64,000 bases of DNA from Callorhinchus milii (GCF_018977255.1 NW_024704753.1:16802001-16866000), one strand, 5' to 3'. Positions 13,501-26,099 are shown, counted from the first letter of the stretch. The notes: generated from the sequence alone by a model not told the origin. Numbers and translations are program-made.

Positions 13501-15784
13501 CAAATGTATGCACTGCTTCCAAGCAAGTGATAGCATTGCCCTCTATTGGCCAGATACACATGTATCACTTCAATAATAATAATCATAATAATAATCCTTG
13601 CATTTGATATAGCGCCTGATCACGTCGTCGAGACGTCTCAACGAGCTTCATAGGATATACTGTAAAGCGGATCGACTGCGTATTTTGTGGGAGAGACCGG
13701 TGGCAGCCAGTTTTATTTGGGAGATTGTCAACCGGGGCACGAGGAGAAGCTCCCTCCTCTTTTCGAATGGTGCCACGGGAATCTCTAACATCCATCCGCC
13801 GGACGGGACTTCGGTTTAATATCTCATCGAAAGGAAGGCACCGCCGTCAATGCAAAGCCCCCTCCCCACAGCACTGCATCGTATAATGATATTATATTGC
13901 TTCCCGACAGCCGCGCGGGTTTGGCCATTGCTGAACTGTGTGAACCCACGAACCTTCTGACGCACGAGGCTGGAGTGCTAACTCGGCGCCCGGCTGACGC
14001 CCGACACAATTCTGTGTAAAACGACTCGCAAAGTACCCCAGGACAGGCAACGGTGAGGCCGTCCGTCTTACCTGTGAACGAAGATACGGTGCCGTGAGCT
14101 GATGACGGCAAGCGTAGAAACACTCTATGTTTGTGAATGATTCGGTTTGTCTTTGTGTCTGCCTCTGCCGTTCCGTTCCAAGTGACTCAAACCCGCGTGG
14201 AGGGCTCCATTTAAGTGCAAGTTGTTGTGGTGGATCCTCATTTCCTGTCTACAGTTGCAGATCTTTTGTGCTTTACAATCGCTGTAAAGCAAGAGATGGG
14301 TCTACTTGCCGAGCAGGAACCAGGATCCTTCCTTTTTTTTTTACACACAACACAGATTTAAATGTATTGTTGCTGCCGGGTAAGCGTGCCCACCCTCGAG
14401 CGTTGGGCTGGGAGCATCCCAGACAGAAATGTTTCATAAAACTCGAGATGGAAAACCCATTCAGTCCTGGAGTTTTACCCAATTGCAGTCCCTCAATAAC
14501 TTCTCGCACTTTTAGCCATTATTGCAGGGGTATCGAGCGTCGGCTTCATCTTCCGTGAGATGGAAAGGGAAGTTTGTTGATATATTTCACCTGTTGCCTC
14601 AGTTTCCGACTCATTCAGAGTGGTATCCCTTACATATTCCTTATACCCTTTGGGTCACCTGCCATCTTGCTGCCTTTTTGTCTCAATGGTAGGGTTAGTC
14701 CTCCGACATTGAAATCTACAAGCAGTTCACCTGCTTTATCTCTGCTCTCACAGAATCTTGTTTTTGACTGTACCATTTTTAGTTCCCTTCTACTGTGCTT
14801 TAGTGGGCACTGTGCACTGGTAGACTGAAATCATTCACGTGTGCGTTCATTCTCCATCACTCTCTTCTCCAGATCACATTGTGCGATTGAAGCTTTCAGC
14901 ATCTTTGGGTTTGGCTGTAAGATGATTATGTGACTTTGGGCATTGCTCATGATAAGCCTCGAAGTTATCAGCCCCATCTCTCAGGCCTCAAGTGATAAAG
15001 GAAATGGCTCAGGTGCTTCTCGCTTCCAGAAATTGCATTCCACAGTACTAAAAACATAGGCCACCACCTTATAAAAATATGTGGTCCCAACCTCTGTACC
15101 TTGGGCAAAGGAAATTCCAAGAGATCTGGTTACCCTTCCTGTCAATGTGTGAGCCCTGTTGAATGGCAACTGTCCAACATCATGTATGTTTCGCACCTTC
15201 AGATCTAAATCTTTTCGCCCACAAATATAGTCAATTCACTTCACAGTATATTCTGTGAAGCGCTTTGAAGCGTCCAGAAGACGTGAAAAATGACGCGACA
15301 TCAAATGCAAGGATTATTATTATTATTATTATTAAATCACCTACCGACCGGTAAGGCGTCAGGCAAGAAGTTTCCTCCTACACATACTGATGTCTATGTT
15401 CGGAACTTCTCATTTCATAAAACAATAATCAGATTTCCAAACTTATTAACTAAAATAATTTGTTTTGCAATTTACACTGGTATAAATCTTTCAGGCTGAA
15501 TTTTTATTTGAAAGAAATGTGTACAGGACAAGTGAAAAGTATAATGTAGTTGCAAATACCAATTTACATTTTGAACAACTAAAATACAAGTCATTTAACC
15601 TATTGTTTTCAGCTCAGTTAAATACTGCAATACTCTCAATCTATTACAACACATCTGTAAACATTTCTTGTATTATAGTTTGACTTTCATGCACAGGAGT
15701 TCTCCTTCAATGAATTTCATTAAAAATAAGTTGCCATTTTCACAAATAGTTTTATTAATTATAATTTTGCCAAGACTTGGGACA

Positions 15785-16665
15785 AATCCCAGAGGCAGTA
15801 GGTTTATGGAAAAAGTCATCCTCAAAATACAAGATGGTCAATAGAACCTTTTGAGGAAACGCTTTGAAGGCTGCAGGCCAAAATTCCAGAGGAGGAGGAG
15901 TTATGGAAAAAAAATGCCTCCAGTCTCGGGAAGATCGCCAAAAGTAACATTTGAGGAAATGTTTTGCAGGCTGCACGGCAGAATTTCAGGAGGAGGAGAT
16001 ATGGAAAAAATTATCTTTAAGCTCCAATATTGCCAAAAGAAATGCTATATTATGGAAGAATTGCTTTCCAGGATAGCATTCCAGAGGAGGAGGAGTTATG
16101 GAATAAAAAATCTTCAGTCTTTTTGGAGAAAATGTTTTTTCTAGTATAATTTCTCGTAGGGGATATTGAAAAAGTTGTCTTCAAGCTCGATTGCCAATGA
16201 TTTACTACATTTGGAAGAAATAAATTCCAGAGGAGGAGGCGTTATGGAAAAAAGGATCCTCAAAGTCTGAGAAAGATTGTTAGATCTCTTTGTAGAAATG
16301 TTATACAGAATGCAAAAAAAATGCATTTGTGTTTTTTGGAGGAATTGCTTCCTACTATAATTTCCAGAGGAGGAGGAAATATGGAAAAAATCATCTTCTA
16401 GTCTCTCAGACTCGGAAAAAACTCCTCTGTTGGAGGAAGAAGATTGCCAGCTAGAATTCCGGAGGAGGAGGTTATGGAAAAGTGATCTTCAAGTCTGACT
16501 GTTAGAATAAAATGGTATCTAAACAGAAATACTTTCCAGGATGCAGGTCACAGTTCTCGAGGAGATTATTTTTATTTCTGCAAGCTTACACAGGAAAGTG
16601 GTATTTAATTTTTTGAAGCAAATTCCTCCACAAGTGTTGAATTACAGAGGAGCAGATTCTAAAAA
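15785..16665. repeat. Degenerate tandem array (spacing about 95-145 bp) with core TTCCA-GAGGAGGAGGAGTTA-TGGAA
   Basis: Clear cores at 15787, 15884, 15984, 16079, 16225, 16362, 16457; degenerate ones near 16150, 16553, 16641. Cores are followed by an A-run and ATC(T/C)TC and mostly preceded by a TG(G)A(A/G)GAA-like motif. Confidence 0.9.
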
Positions 16666-16956
16666 AACAGAGCAAGAATCTGGGATCCTTAAACAATGTT
16701 TTAACAGTGGTCTTGTTTTGTTCAACACAAATTTACAACTCTCATGGCTCAGTAGAAGCGTGATTTTGATTGGGGAAAAATGAATGTCTCTTCACAATAT
16801 TTTCAAGATGGCTACGATGGTCCACAAGTACCATCAGAAAAAAATCCCCACCAGGAAAAGTACAGGTTTGTGAGCATTACAATACGGCATCCCACTCCGC
16901 CACCCTCACACCCCCCCCCCCCACACACACACACAAAATACCACATTTAATCAGTT

Positions 16957-18510
16957 TTATGCATTTTGTAGGTTACTCTTAGGTCGAAGTGTGGAATCTG
17001 CTTCATCTAGTAAACCGAGATAATTTTCCAGCAATGGGGGATCCAGTCTTATTGAGGTGGACCTGTAAATTAAATAGATCATTAGACATGACTACAATAC
17101 TTAACATCTCGTAAACCGTTTATCGTTTCATCTTTATATCAGTTAATCTGAAACGATGCTAAATTACACTTTGTCCAGATTCAGTATTTCATAAGATTCT
17201 GCGCATTTCTACTTTCCATGTTTGACACATGATCCCAGCAATACAATATAATCTGGGTTCCTGGGCAGGAGTTTGCGGTTGATTCCGAACTCTTCAGTGG
17301 TGCGTTAGCTGGTAGAGAGCGATAAGAATAATAATCCTTGCATTTGACATCGCGTTTTTCACGTCTTCTCGACGTCTCAAAGTGCTTCACAGAATAGACT
17401 GTAAAGTGAGTATGTTTGTGGGTGAAATGCGGCAGCCGATTGCGCACAGCAGCGTCCCCACAAACCGCCGTGGGTCGAAGTGGCCAATCTATTATTTTTT
17501 TTTGAGGGATTATTATCGGCGACGAGGAGACCATCCGAGCCCAGGAACTATGCGTTCCAAGTTTTTCCACGAATCAAGCAATCACCGAGAGCCATCCTTT
17601 CAGACCCCAAATTTCAGTTAAGTCACACCAAGGCTCCAAGACTTCAATATTAACCGATTAACTCTCCCGTCGACTCTGGTAACCGTTAGCCCAGCCGTGC
17701 GCAACTGCCTGCCGCGCGTCGCCCACCAAGTACGGTCCAATCCGCTCGGCAATGTATCCTGGGAGGCGCTTTGAGGCGCCTCGAAGGCGCGATGAGACGC
17801 TATGGTCAAACGCGGGGATTATTATTATCATTATTAATATTGTTATTCTTTGTGAAGCACTCCGTGAGACAATCAGGCGCCACAAACCCACCAGCTTCGG
17901 TGTCGGCCGGGCCGGGCCGTCGTTTCCGAGCGGGAACCGGTCCAGGGCGTCCGTCCGTCCGTCGAGGCACGCGCTGGAAGTCAAAAGACGGATGGCTTAA
18001 CGACCGACCATTTTACCCTCTCCCCCCACCCCACCCTTACCCCACCCACACGCCCCGGTTCACCGCACCCGAGCGAGTATCCCCCGTGAAGCGCTTCGGG
18101 GCTTCTCGAAGACGTGATAAGGATTATTGTTATTTAAACACCATTCGAGCCTCGTTACAAACCCAATGCGCCATCTCTTTCATAACTTTACCTCATGGAT
18201 GGATGGACGTCTAAGAGAACTCACTGCAGGGAGGTTAGTGAAAACCAAGTCACCCCCCCCACCCCCCACGCAGCCGCGGCCCCTTCGAACAGCCGTTGCT
18301 CCTCTCGCTCGCGCTCAGAAAACCGTTGAAACCGTTGAGCGCCTCAGACCGGGACCACGTGGGGCCGTCCGAGCGCGCGAGCTCCGTTTTCAAATCCCAA
18401 CGCTTCTTTTCGGTTCGGCTTTCGCACGCGCGCACGTGTGTGTGTGCGCGCGCTCAAGCCTCACCTTACCTCTCCGTCGTCCTGAAGCGATAATTGGTTA
18501 TGAACGCCAT
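16957..18510 (-). other. Candidate small-ORF gene or lncRNA divergent from NICN1 (14-48 aa depending on acceptor)
   Basis: TATA box, then a single strong-Kozak ATG (acgATGG, 18510), donor GAG|GTAAGG at 18470, acceptor ctaat...tttacag| at 17062. Gives MAFITNYRFRTTERSTSIRLDPPLLENYLGLLDEADSTLRPKSNLQNA*. No homolog recognised. Confidence 0.45.
17327..17520 (-). mobile_element. 5'-truncated copy of the same SINE
   Basis: AATAATCCTTGCATTTGA...CTCAAAGTGCTTCACAG...GGCAGCCGATTGCGCACAGC. Confidence 0.85.
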
Positions 18511-18840
18511 CGTATTATTATCGGGACGTGACTGCAGCGCTGAGCTTCGCGTTACCGCCACACGCGTGGCCGCGCCTCTCCAGCCTTTCCCTCCAGGACC
18601 ACGCCAGCTGAAGCACGTGACGGCGGCTCTCGCTGCCTTTTATAGCCGGCTCCGAGCACGTGACACCGCCGAGCCGGTGACGCCACCGCGCGCGGCGGCG
18701 CACTCGCGCACGGGCGCACCCTGGCCTCCACGCGCCGCTCCGGACGCGTGACGCGTCGCGTGACGCGTGACGCGACGCGTCGCCATGGCCGCCCCCCCCC
18801 CCCTCGCGCGCTCTTCCCTTTCAAACCGACACTGATCTTC
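17680..18840. promoter_or_regulatory. CpG island / bidirectional promoter (NICN1 on +, unidentified transcript on -)
   Basis: Dense CpG; minus-strand TATAAAAG at 18644-18637; GTCACGTG E-boxes (CACGTG at 18614-19 and 18657-62); tandem GTGACGCG motifs 18742-18783; outward-facing splice donors at 18470 (-) and 18904 (+). Confidence 0.75.
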
Positions 18841-19489
18841 AAGTCGCTCTAAACCGAAGAAACCGTTAATTTTAAAATTCAGAACATTAAAATTCCACCT
18901 TAAGGTACATATATTTATCTCTATATACCCACATTACATATTACATATCATCTCCATATCTATTTATGTATTCTATATCTATATCGACATTTTGATATAT
19001 TGTATATTATCCATTTATATCTGTGATATATTATATTATTATATATTGGTTCTATATATATATATATATATATATATATTAACTGTGAGGGGCTTTGCTG
19101 GTTTAGATACCGCTTGGATTCTCTGCCTCTGGTTACCTGGCAGTGGGGGGGGGTAGGAATCCGGTTGTTAGTCGGTTGGCGGATCGCTTTCCAGAGGGTA
19201 ATAATCCCTCCCAAAAAAATATAATAATAATAATAATAATAATGACGATAATGGTAATTCGCGCGCTCCACAACACAAGCGTTCGCGGGTCGCCGAGGGG
19301 CGCGCCACCGGCCGCCGCCCTTCGCCCGCGCAAAAAAAATTACGCGGTCGATTCGCTTTGCGGTGTGTATTCTGCGAAGTCCGATGGCGATTATTAGTGG
19401 GTGATGGTTCTTGCATTTGCGGCAGCGCCTTTATCGTGTCTCAACGCGCCTCACGGAATGTGCTGTCGTACTTCGTTGTCATATATAAT

Positions 19490-19707
19490 AATAGTCCCTC
19501 CAAAAACCCCAAACAGTAATAAATCGGTCATTTTCAATCCACGGCTGTTTGCGGGACGTCGCTGTGCGCAATCGGCCGCCGCGTTCGCCCACAAATATAC
19601 AGTCAATTCACTTTACAGTGTGTTCTGTGAAGCGCTTTGGGACGTCCTCCCGACGTGAAAAGCGCTGTATCAAATGCAAGGATTATTATTATTATTATTA
19701 TTATTAC
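19490..19707 (+). mobile_element. 5'-truncated copy of the same SINE
   Basis: Core plus (TAT)n tail, upstream of the first NICN1 coding exon; a further body fragment at about 19135-19245. Confidence 0.85.
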
Positions 19708-19823
19708 TTCGCAGAGTGCAGTTCAGTTGAATGACGATATGATTGGGATTACAAATCGCATTTTTTCCCCTTTGGCTATGAGGTTTGATCTAATATTACT
19801 CTCTTCTTTACTGCAGAGGTATA

Positions 19824-22800
19824 ATGACAGAAGATAGCGTCGCTTGTGTGATTAAAACACCAGTCCCGCTCCAAATTGGGGATATAAAATCCAACTCCGG
19901 GAAGCCTGGTGTTTTTGCAATTGATATCTCTTTTCCACGTGAAAGGGGAATTAATGTAAGTAATATATTGTTTAGCCTCTTACAGTGGGACTGTTGTGGA
20001 TTTATATCAGCAGATTAGGCTTTAAATCAGAGTACTATATCTAAGGACAATTTGGATTTTTAGAAAATAGATTCTCTTTGCTGTTTGCTCCGATTTCTAC
20101 TGCTGTTGGAACCGATGGCCTTTGATTTCCCACAGTATAAATCAGGCATTTCTTTCAATAACATATTGAAATATAATCAATGTATACCGCCACTGAGTGG
20201 GCAGTGGGCCTTTATTTGTAACCCGATACATCAGTGTAAAGAAGAGCCAAGTATATGGCTTCTCCTTTCCAAGAGAGAGACAGAAAGTGATTCACCCAGT
20301 TTCTCGCAAAGTTACTAGTTTTGAAGTATACATCACTTGTAACAGATCATTTGTGTGTGGAGATCTAACTGAGGTTCAATAAACTACAAGGAATTTAGAA
20401 CCAAACACTTGATTTGTTTTCCACCAGGCGTACTGCTCCCAAGACCCCTTTTCTCACTTCTCCTTTTACACCTATTTGATGGCTAAGTAATAATGAAGCA
20501 ATTTCACACAAATCGAGACAAGATTTTAATCTGCTATAGTAGGACATTTTTGATCATCTCAATTTATTTTACTATTCAAAAATATCAGTGTTCAATTTTT
20601 TAAAATTGTTTTTCTAATATTGTGTAGCTCTAGTTCTGCCTTTCCATTATATGCTCATTGATGCTCTTAATCCTGATTTTCAATCACTCTTCACTAACAG
20701 CTTCGGGCCATCACGTTTAAGAATTACTACACTGCTTTCTTAACTATACGTATTCACCGACCTGTTCTCTCAGAGTCTGACAAAAAAACGGCAAAATGGA
20801 ATACCTGTACAAGGAATTTACCTCTGATGCCCAATCCCCATGCTGAGAAGGGATCTCAGGACTACTTTTCTGTTCATAAACATCAGGTCAGGCTTCATTC
20901 CAAGAATATGTGTATCAATGATGAATATCCTATGTCTGAAAAGGCTGGATAAACTGAATCTTTTTTCTTTGGAGCTCACATGGTTCAAAGGGGATATGAT
21001 AGCATATAAGATGATGGAAGATTTAAATAAGATGAACAGGGAAAGATTATTTGCAGTGGACAGGAGGTCTAGACCTAGAGGACAGAGTTTTAAAATCATA
21101 ACTGGGATCTCCAGAACAAAGATTAAGAGGAATTTTTTCAAACAGAGAGTGGTTGGAGTGTGGCATTCTCTGCCTCAGTCTGTTGTTGACTGTGTGTACA
21201 TTCTGCTGCAACCGTGTGTACATTCAAAAAAAGGATGGACATATGGTTGAGGGAGAATAAAGTTGAGGGATATGGGGAAAAGGGTGGAATATGGAACTAG
21301 ATAAGCCGAATGGTCTGTTTGGGGGCTATGGATCTCCAAGTGCTTAATATTGAGGAGGTCTGACTAACTCTGAAGTATTGTATACAATGCAGCATATTAG
21401 CATGCTTTACTATAAACACAACTTTTCTTATAATGTGTTTGCACTGTAATCCCTATTCACTGTGCAATGGCTTGTACAGAATGGTGTGAGTGGTTCAGAT
21501 GCTGCTAGGCACTGCCATCACAAAACCTAAACTAGGTGAGAAGAGTTTACTGTTTCAGCAATGGAACTCGTGGTATTTTGAAGGCTCTTGTGACTGACAT
21601 AAAATTAAATTGCCTGACGGATTAAATTGATCATTATCTACAGATGCTGTGCGAACCAAATGGGGTGACAGCAATGCGCCTGATTCTTCGACAACCATCT
21701 CCAGTTTGGCTAAGTTTTTCAGTAGAAGACATCAAACTATATGAATGTGACCAGGATGTAAGTACAGTTGAACCCCCTTATAAAATATTTCATTAAAACA
21801 GCTGTTATTTTACAACATAATTGACTTTTACTCACCCAGAAAATTCTGCTCCATGGGAATTTCACCAGCGCAAGACAAAATAGCTGACTTCCGGATCACC
21901 AGGTCATGCTGGTGTGACTTGAAACCGCAGGATTAGCAGTGGCTTGTTGACCGACGTTGAATTTTTGGCTTCCCACATCCGGCCAAAAGTTTCTTCTTTC
22001 GGCATGCATGATGCATGCAGAACACTGACTGAAGATCACACTCCATAAAAGCACTTGTTGGGATGTTATAGGCCCCAAAACAACAACAAATTACATTTGT
22101 ATAACACCTTTCACGTTGGGAGGACGTCCCAACCATGTTATAACAAGGCTCCACTGTTTTTAAAACTACCCATTTAAACAGCAGTGGTGTGGACCTGCCA
22201 GTACTGAATCACTTGCGCTATCTTACTTTATATCTCAGGGACTGGATTTTGACATGTCAGCATAACATTAGTTGCAAAGGTGTCACTATTTTCAATTTCT
22301 TGCAGGTCAAAGCAGAGGGATCTATTTTATTGGTGATGTCAGCCTCCAGTTATTTCTAACATTTTTTTTCCCACTCAACCAATTTATGTTCAACCATTTG
22401 TTTTATAGAATCTACAGAGAGGAAATGGATCATGGCTGTCCCATCTTACTCCACTGGAGAGACCTTTGAACTTAAATGTTGTGAGTTTGACTTCACTGAG
22501 TTTCACAGCTGACTGTTGTATTTCTGCACCTAGGGAATTTTTTCTTTGGTGATTTTTATTCGGCTTTTTTTTAAACAATTTTTGTGCTAGGACGGATAAT
22601 TAGATACTCATGGGCAGGTTTTATGCTGTTTGAGAAGCAGCAGCTGGAATAAATCGAAGACTGGGCAGGGCAGGAATTACCTGCAACCGCATCATTGAGG
22701 ATACATTATGGATTATGGTGCACGAGTGCTTTTCAAATTCAGTAATGTTTTTTATTGTAATGTGGCATATTGCATGACAGTGCTAACATACAGAGGTATT

Positions 22801-24323
22801 AACTATTGATGAAGAACCACAGCAACTTTTGGCAGTATAGGGAGAAGTCGTGAGCTGAGAAAGATCAGCAGAAAATTCCAGAAGGCAAACGTAGCCTGGA
22901 CCTCAATTGTTTGTTTTTCAAAACTTTCATTAATTTACTTTGCATTCATGCACAAGGCTTTAACCCAAACTTATACCAAATCTGGGAAGGCGACCTTTGC
23001 TTTGTGTTATCTATAAACCTACAAAGATATGATATAATTTAGTTTGCTTGCTTTTCATTTCAGACAAAGCAATAAAAATTTCCAAAGACTAACTTTGTGA
23101 TCAATAAGTAATTTATCATAATGAGTGTGCCATGGTGTGTTTCTGTTCTTCGTGCCTAACTGTGTGCTATTCCTATGTGTATATTTCCTTCAAAAAAATT
23201 TTTTTTAAAAATGATAATTTTGTCACTCAATCCACGACTGTTTGTGAGACACTGCTGTGCGCAATTGGCTGCCACGTTTCACCCACAAAATAATCACTTT
23301 ACAGTGTATTCTATCAAGCGCTTTGAAATGTCTCAAATATGTGATAAGGCGCTATATCAAATGCAAGGATTATTTTTATTATTTTCACTAGACTTAACTT
23401 GTGGTCACTTATCTGAGTGAGACACCGGGAATCTGTTCCTTACATTAAGGAGCAGCTATAGATCCAGCCCTAGACAAGGTCCATTTCTTGGTCTCTGATA
23501 CTGAAAATTAAGCTTACTGATTCACTATTAAGTATACTTGTTTTAGTAACAGTGTGATATTTTTTGCCCCACTCTGGACATTTTCTGTTTTCAGTGCTTT
23601 GAATACCTCATCCCACAAACAAAAAAAACAGCCTAATACTTGGGAGTATTCGATAGAAGATAGCTTACAAGATGCTGGGAAGTAAACTAATGGCAGGTGT
23701 TTTCTTGAACTAACTGTAAATCTCCTTTAACAGGGCCTCCCCGATCCTGAGGCTGTGGCTTCCAGTGTACAACACATGTGGCTGTTAACTGAAATGGTTC
23801 GAAACACTCCGACTTGCACCCGTGTTGGACGTTTTGATGTGAGTATTGTTCTCCAGCAGTGGTAGGTACAAAAAAAAATCAAAATCAATGTATAAAGAAA
23901 CTGAAGGTAAAACAAACCGGAACACTGCTCATCAAAGTGCAAAGTTTTTTCGAATAATTGAAGACTTAGTCTCGGCAGTGGTAAACCTTTTAAAAATATT
24001 CCAGTAGTGGAAGTCTGAACGGTTTGCCACCCTCCCTTCTCCAGGCCACTCCTCCAATGATTGTTATTTCAATACCCCCGAAAAATCCTGATACTCAACC
24101 CCGGCTTAATTTGTCACCACCACTTAAGTCATCATGCTGGTAATATCCTGGCGGTATTTAATTACGTATGCCTAACTTGCCACTCCTGATAACTCATCAC
24201 TAAGCCACTTTCCCTTGGAGTGACGAGTTATCAGGAGTTTACTGTAATTGCCTGATATACATTCATTTGCCCTACCTACAGGTGGATGGTTCCTATGATA
24301 TCAACTTGCTGTCCTACACCTGA
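19824..24323 (+). CDS. NICN1: Nicolin-1 (tubulin polyglutamylase complex subunit), 6 coding exons, 216 aa
   Basis: Exons 19824-19955, 20701-20886, 21644-21757, 22409-22480, 23734-23838, 24282-24323; all GT-AG, phase 0, 651 nt. Motifs match recalled human NICN1: [85 protein letters not shown]. The first coding exon has an acceptor ending 19816, so a 5' UTR exon lies upstream (candidate donor AAG|GTACAT at 18904/5). AATAAA at 24609-24614. Lies upstream of AMT as in human. Confidence 0.95.
20930..21325 (+). mobile_element. CR1-clade LINE 3' fragment in a NICN1 intron
   Basis: [18 protein letters not shown]...RG...[16 protein letters not shown]; ends GCCGAATGGTCTG. Confidence 0.88.
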
Positions 24324-24809
24324 CTGCTCCATCCTACAATACAATTTCTTCTGGGAAGGTCTGAATTCAAAGTATCTTATGTGTGAGTGTACATGCTCCT
24401 CCAGGTTTGTGTGACTCGATGTCCTTAACAAAGCTTGAAGTGTCACAGGACCCTTTTTGCTATTTGCCAGACCGCTGCTTGTTATCCGCATATTAAGTTA
24501 TTAAATCTGATAAACTGTTGATTTACCATGCGTCAATCAGATAATTTAAATGCACTGATATATGCCTAACTCCTGTATGTTTTGGTAAAGGTGGGGTCTT
24601 AGAGCTGAAATAAAGCTTCCACTTTTGGTTTATCTGTATAATTCATTACATTACATCAGAAAGAATTAAACTTTACTCCTGCCATCTTAATAATTACAAC
24701 AGTCTTTTACAATCCAAGAAACCTGAAGCACTTACCATCTTGATAGATGATGTTGTGTTGTTCTTAGTTGCTTCTCCAAATTAAGATCACAAGTTTTCTC
24801 AGATTTGAG

Positions 24810-25104
24810 ATGGCATGCCATTGGAGTCCTCGGAGGATAAAGCACTCACTTTCCAAGCGAGACACCTGGGTTCACTTCCAGGCAGGGCGAAACCTTGGGC
24901 AAGTTTCCTTACTTCACACGCCTAATAATAATCCCTCCAAAAAACAAAACAATAATAAATTGGTCATTTTCAATCCACAACTGTTTTTGGGACTCTGCTG
25001 TGTGCAATTGGCTGCCCCGTTTCGCCCACAAATATACGGTCAATTCACTTTACAGTATATTCTGTAAGGCTATTACCGTAAATGCGAGGATTATTATTAT
25101 TATT
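24810..25104 (+). mobile_element. SINE copy with internal deletion
   Basis: TGGAGTCC head, GGGCAAGTTTCCTTACT body, core and tail. Confidence 0.8.
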
Positions 25105-26099
25105 AATGACCGTCAAGTCATTACATATCCTGCATGGCTGTTGAGTTTAGACAAGATCTTCAGAGGCAGAACAATAGCATTTCACTTCACAAAGGTTGTC
25201 TAGCAGAAGGAGAATAATACAACTATGGCAACTATCCCTACAACACACTCACAATTGTACATCAGTACCTCAGACTCACAATCCATCAGCACAAGTATGG
25301 GATATGTAATACCTACCACACTATGCAAAGTTTTCGAAAAGTTCCAGTCTCATGATCTGCTGTCAGAAGAATCATTGCTACTCCTTACCTTGTAAATTCT
25401 GTGCCAGTATGGAATGGAAGTACTGAATATGCTCTGTTGCTGCTCAGTTGTATCTTTTTAACAATTTCATAAACACATGTATTGCATTTGCTTCACTGTG
25501 CTATCATATTATCAGTCAAAAAACATTTTTCTCCTCTCATCTTGGAGTTTGACCAGAAATCGACTTCCGACAATATAATAACCTATTTGTTCTGATTTGA
25601 GATCAGAATAGGAACCATAAACTTATCAACACTAGAAGGAAGCAGGCCATTAGCCCATTGTGTCTCTGCCAATTCTTTGAAAGTCTATTCAGACCCAATG
25701 ACCAGTCTTTTCCCCATATTCCTTAGATATCAATCATTTTCCTTCTTGAAAGTTAGCATGGATCCTCCCTTGACTACTGCTCTTCACAGGTAGTACTGCT
25801 TCCACATACTAACCATCTGTGTAAATATATCCTAACCTCCCCTATTTACTGACTAATACCATAAAGCATCATTATATATCCATTACGGGCATTAATAGGG
25901 CATTTGCGACACATACTCGCTATTTATGTAAGCAGGAATTCTCAATTATGAAGTAGATAAAATGTAAGCACTATATATTGGATGGAAATCTGCACTGTAG
26001 TACAAATTGAAGATCTTGTGTTTTAGATTAGTCCTTGTGCAGCTCTACATTACTCAATATCTTAATATTGATTTGAACAATTTCAGACCATAACAGCTG

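Noticed and set aside
15790-15812. Resemblance of the array core to let-7 (GAGGCAGTAGGTTTATGG) and scattered TCTTCC miR-7 matches on the minus strand
   Set aside because: No unit has the let-7 seed match CTACCTC and there is no pre-miRNA arm; only about four short miR-7 matches, too few to claim a sponge.
15785-16665. CRISPR array, SECIS/IRE array or intact repeat protein (FSITPPPLEF, IPEEEELWKK)
   Set aside because: Vertebrate context with no cas genes and irregular spacing; no SECIS AUGA/AA/GA or IRE CAGUGN pattern; peptide motifs switch frame and meet stops between units. A decayed coding origin cannot be fully excluded.
23064-23108. Extra NICN1 exon after ttttcatttcag
   Set aside because: Phase-0 reading hits TAA at the fourth codon, and NICN1 is complete without it.
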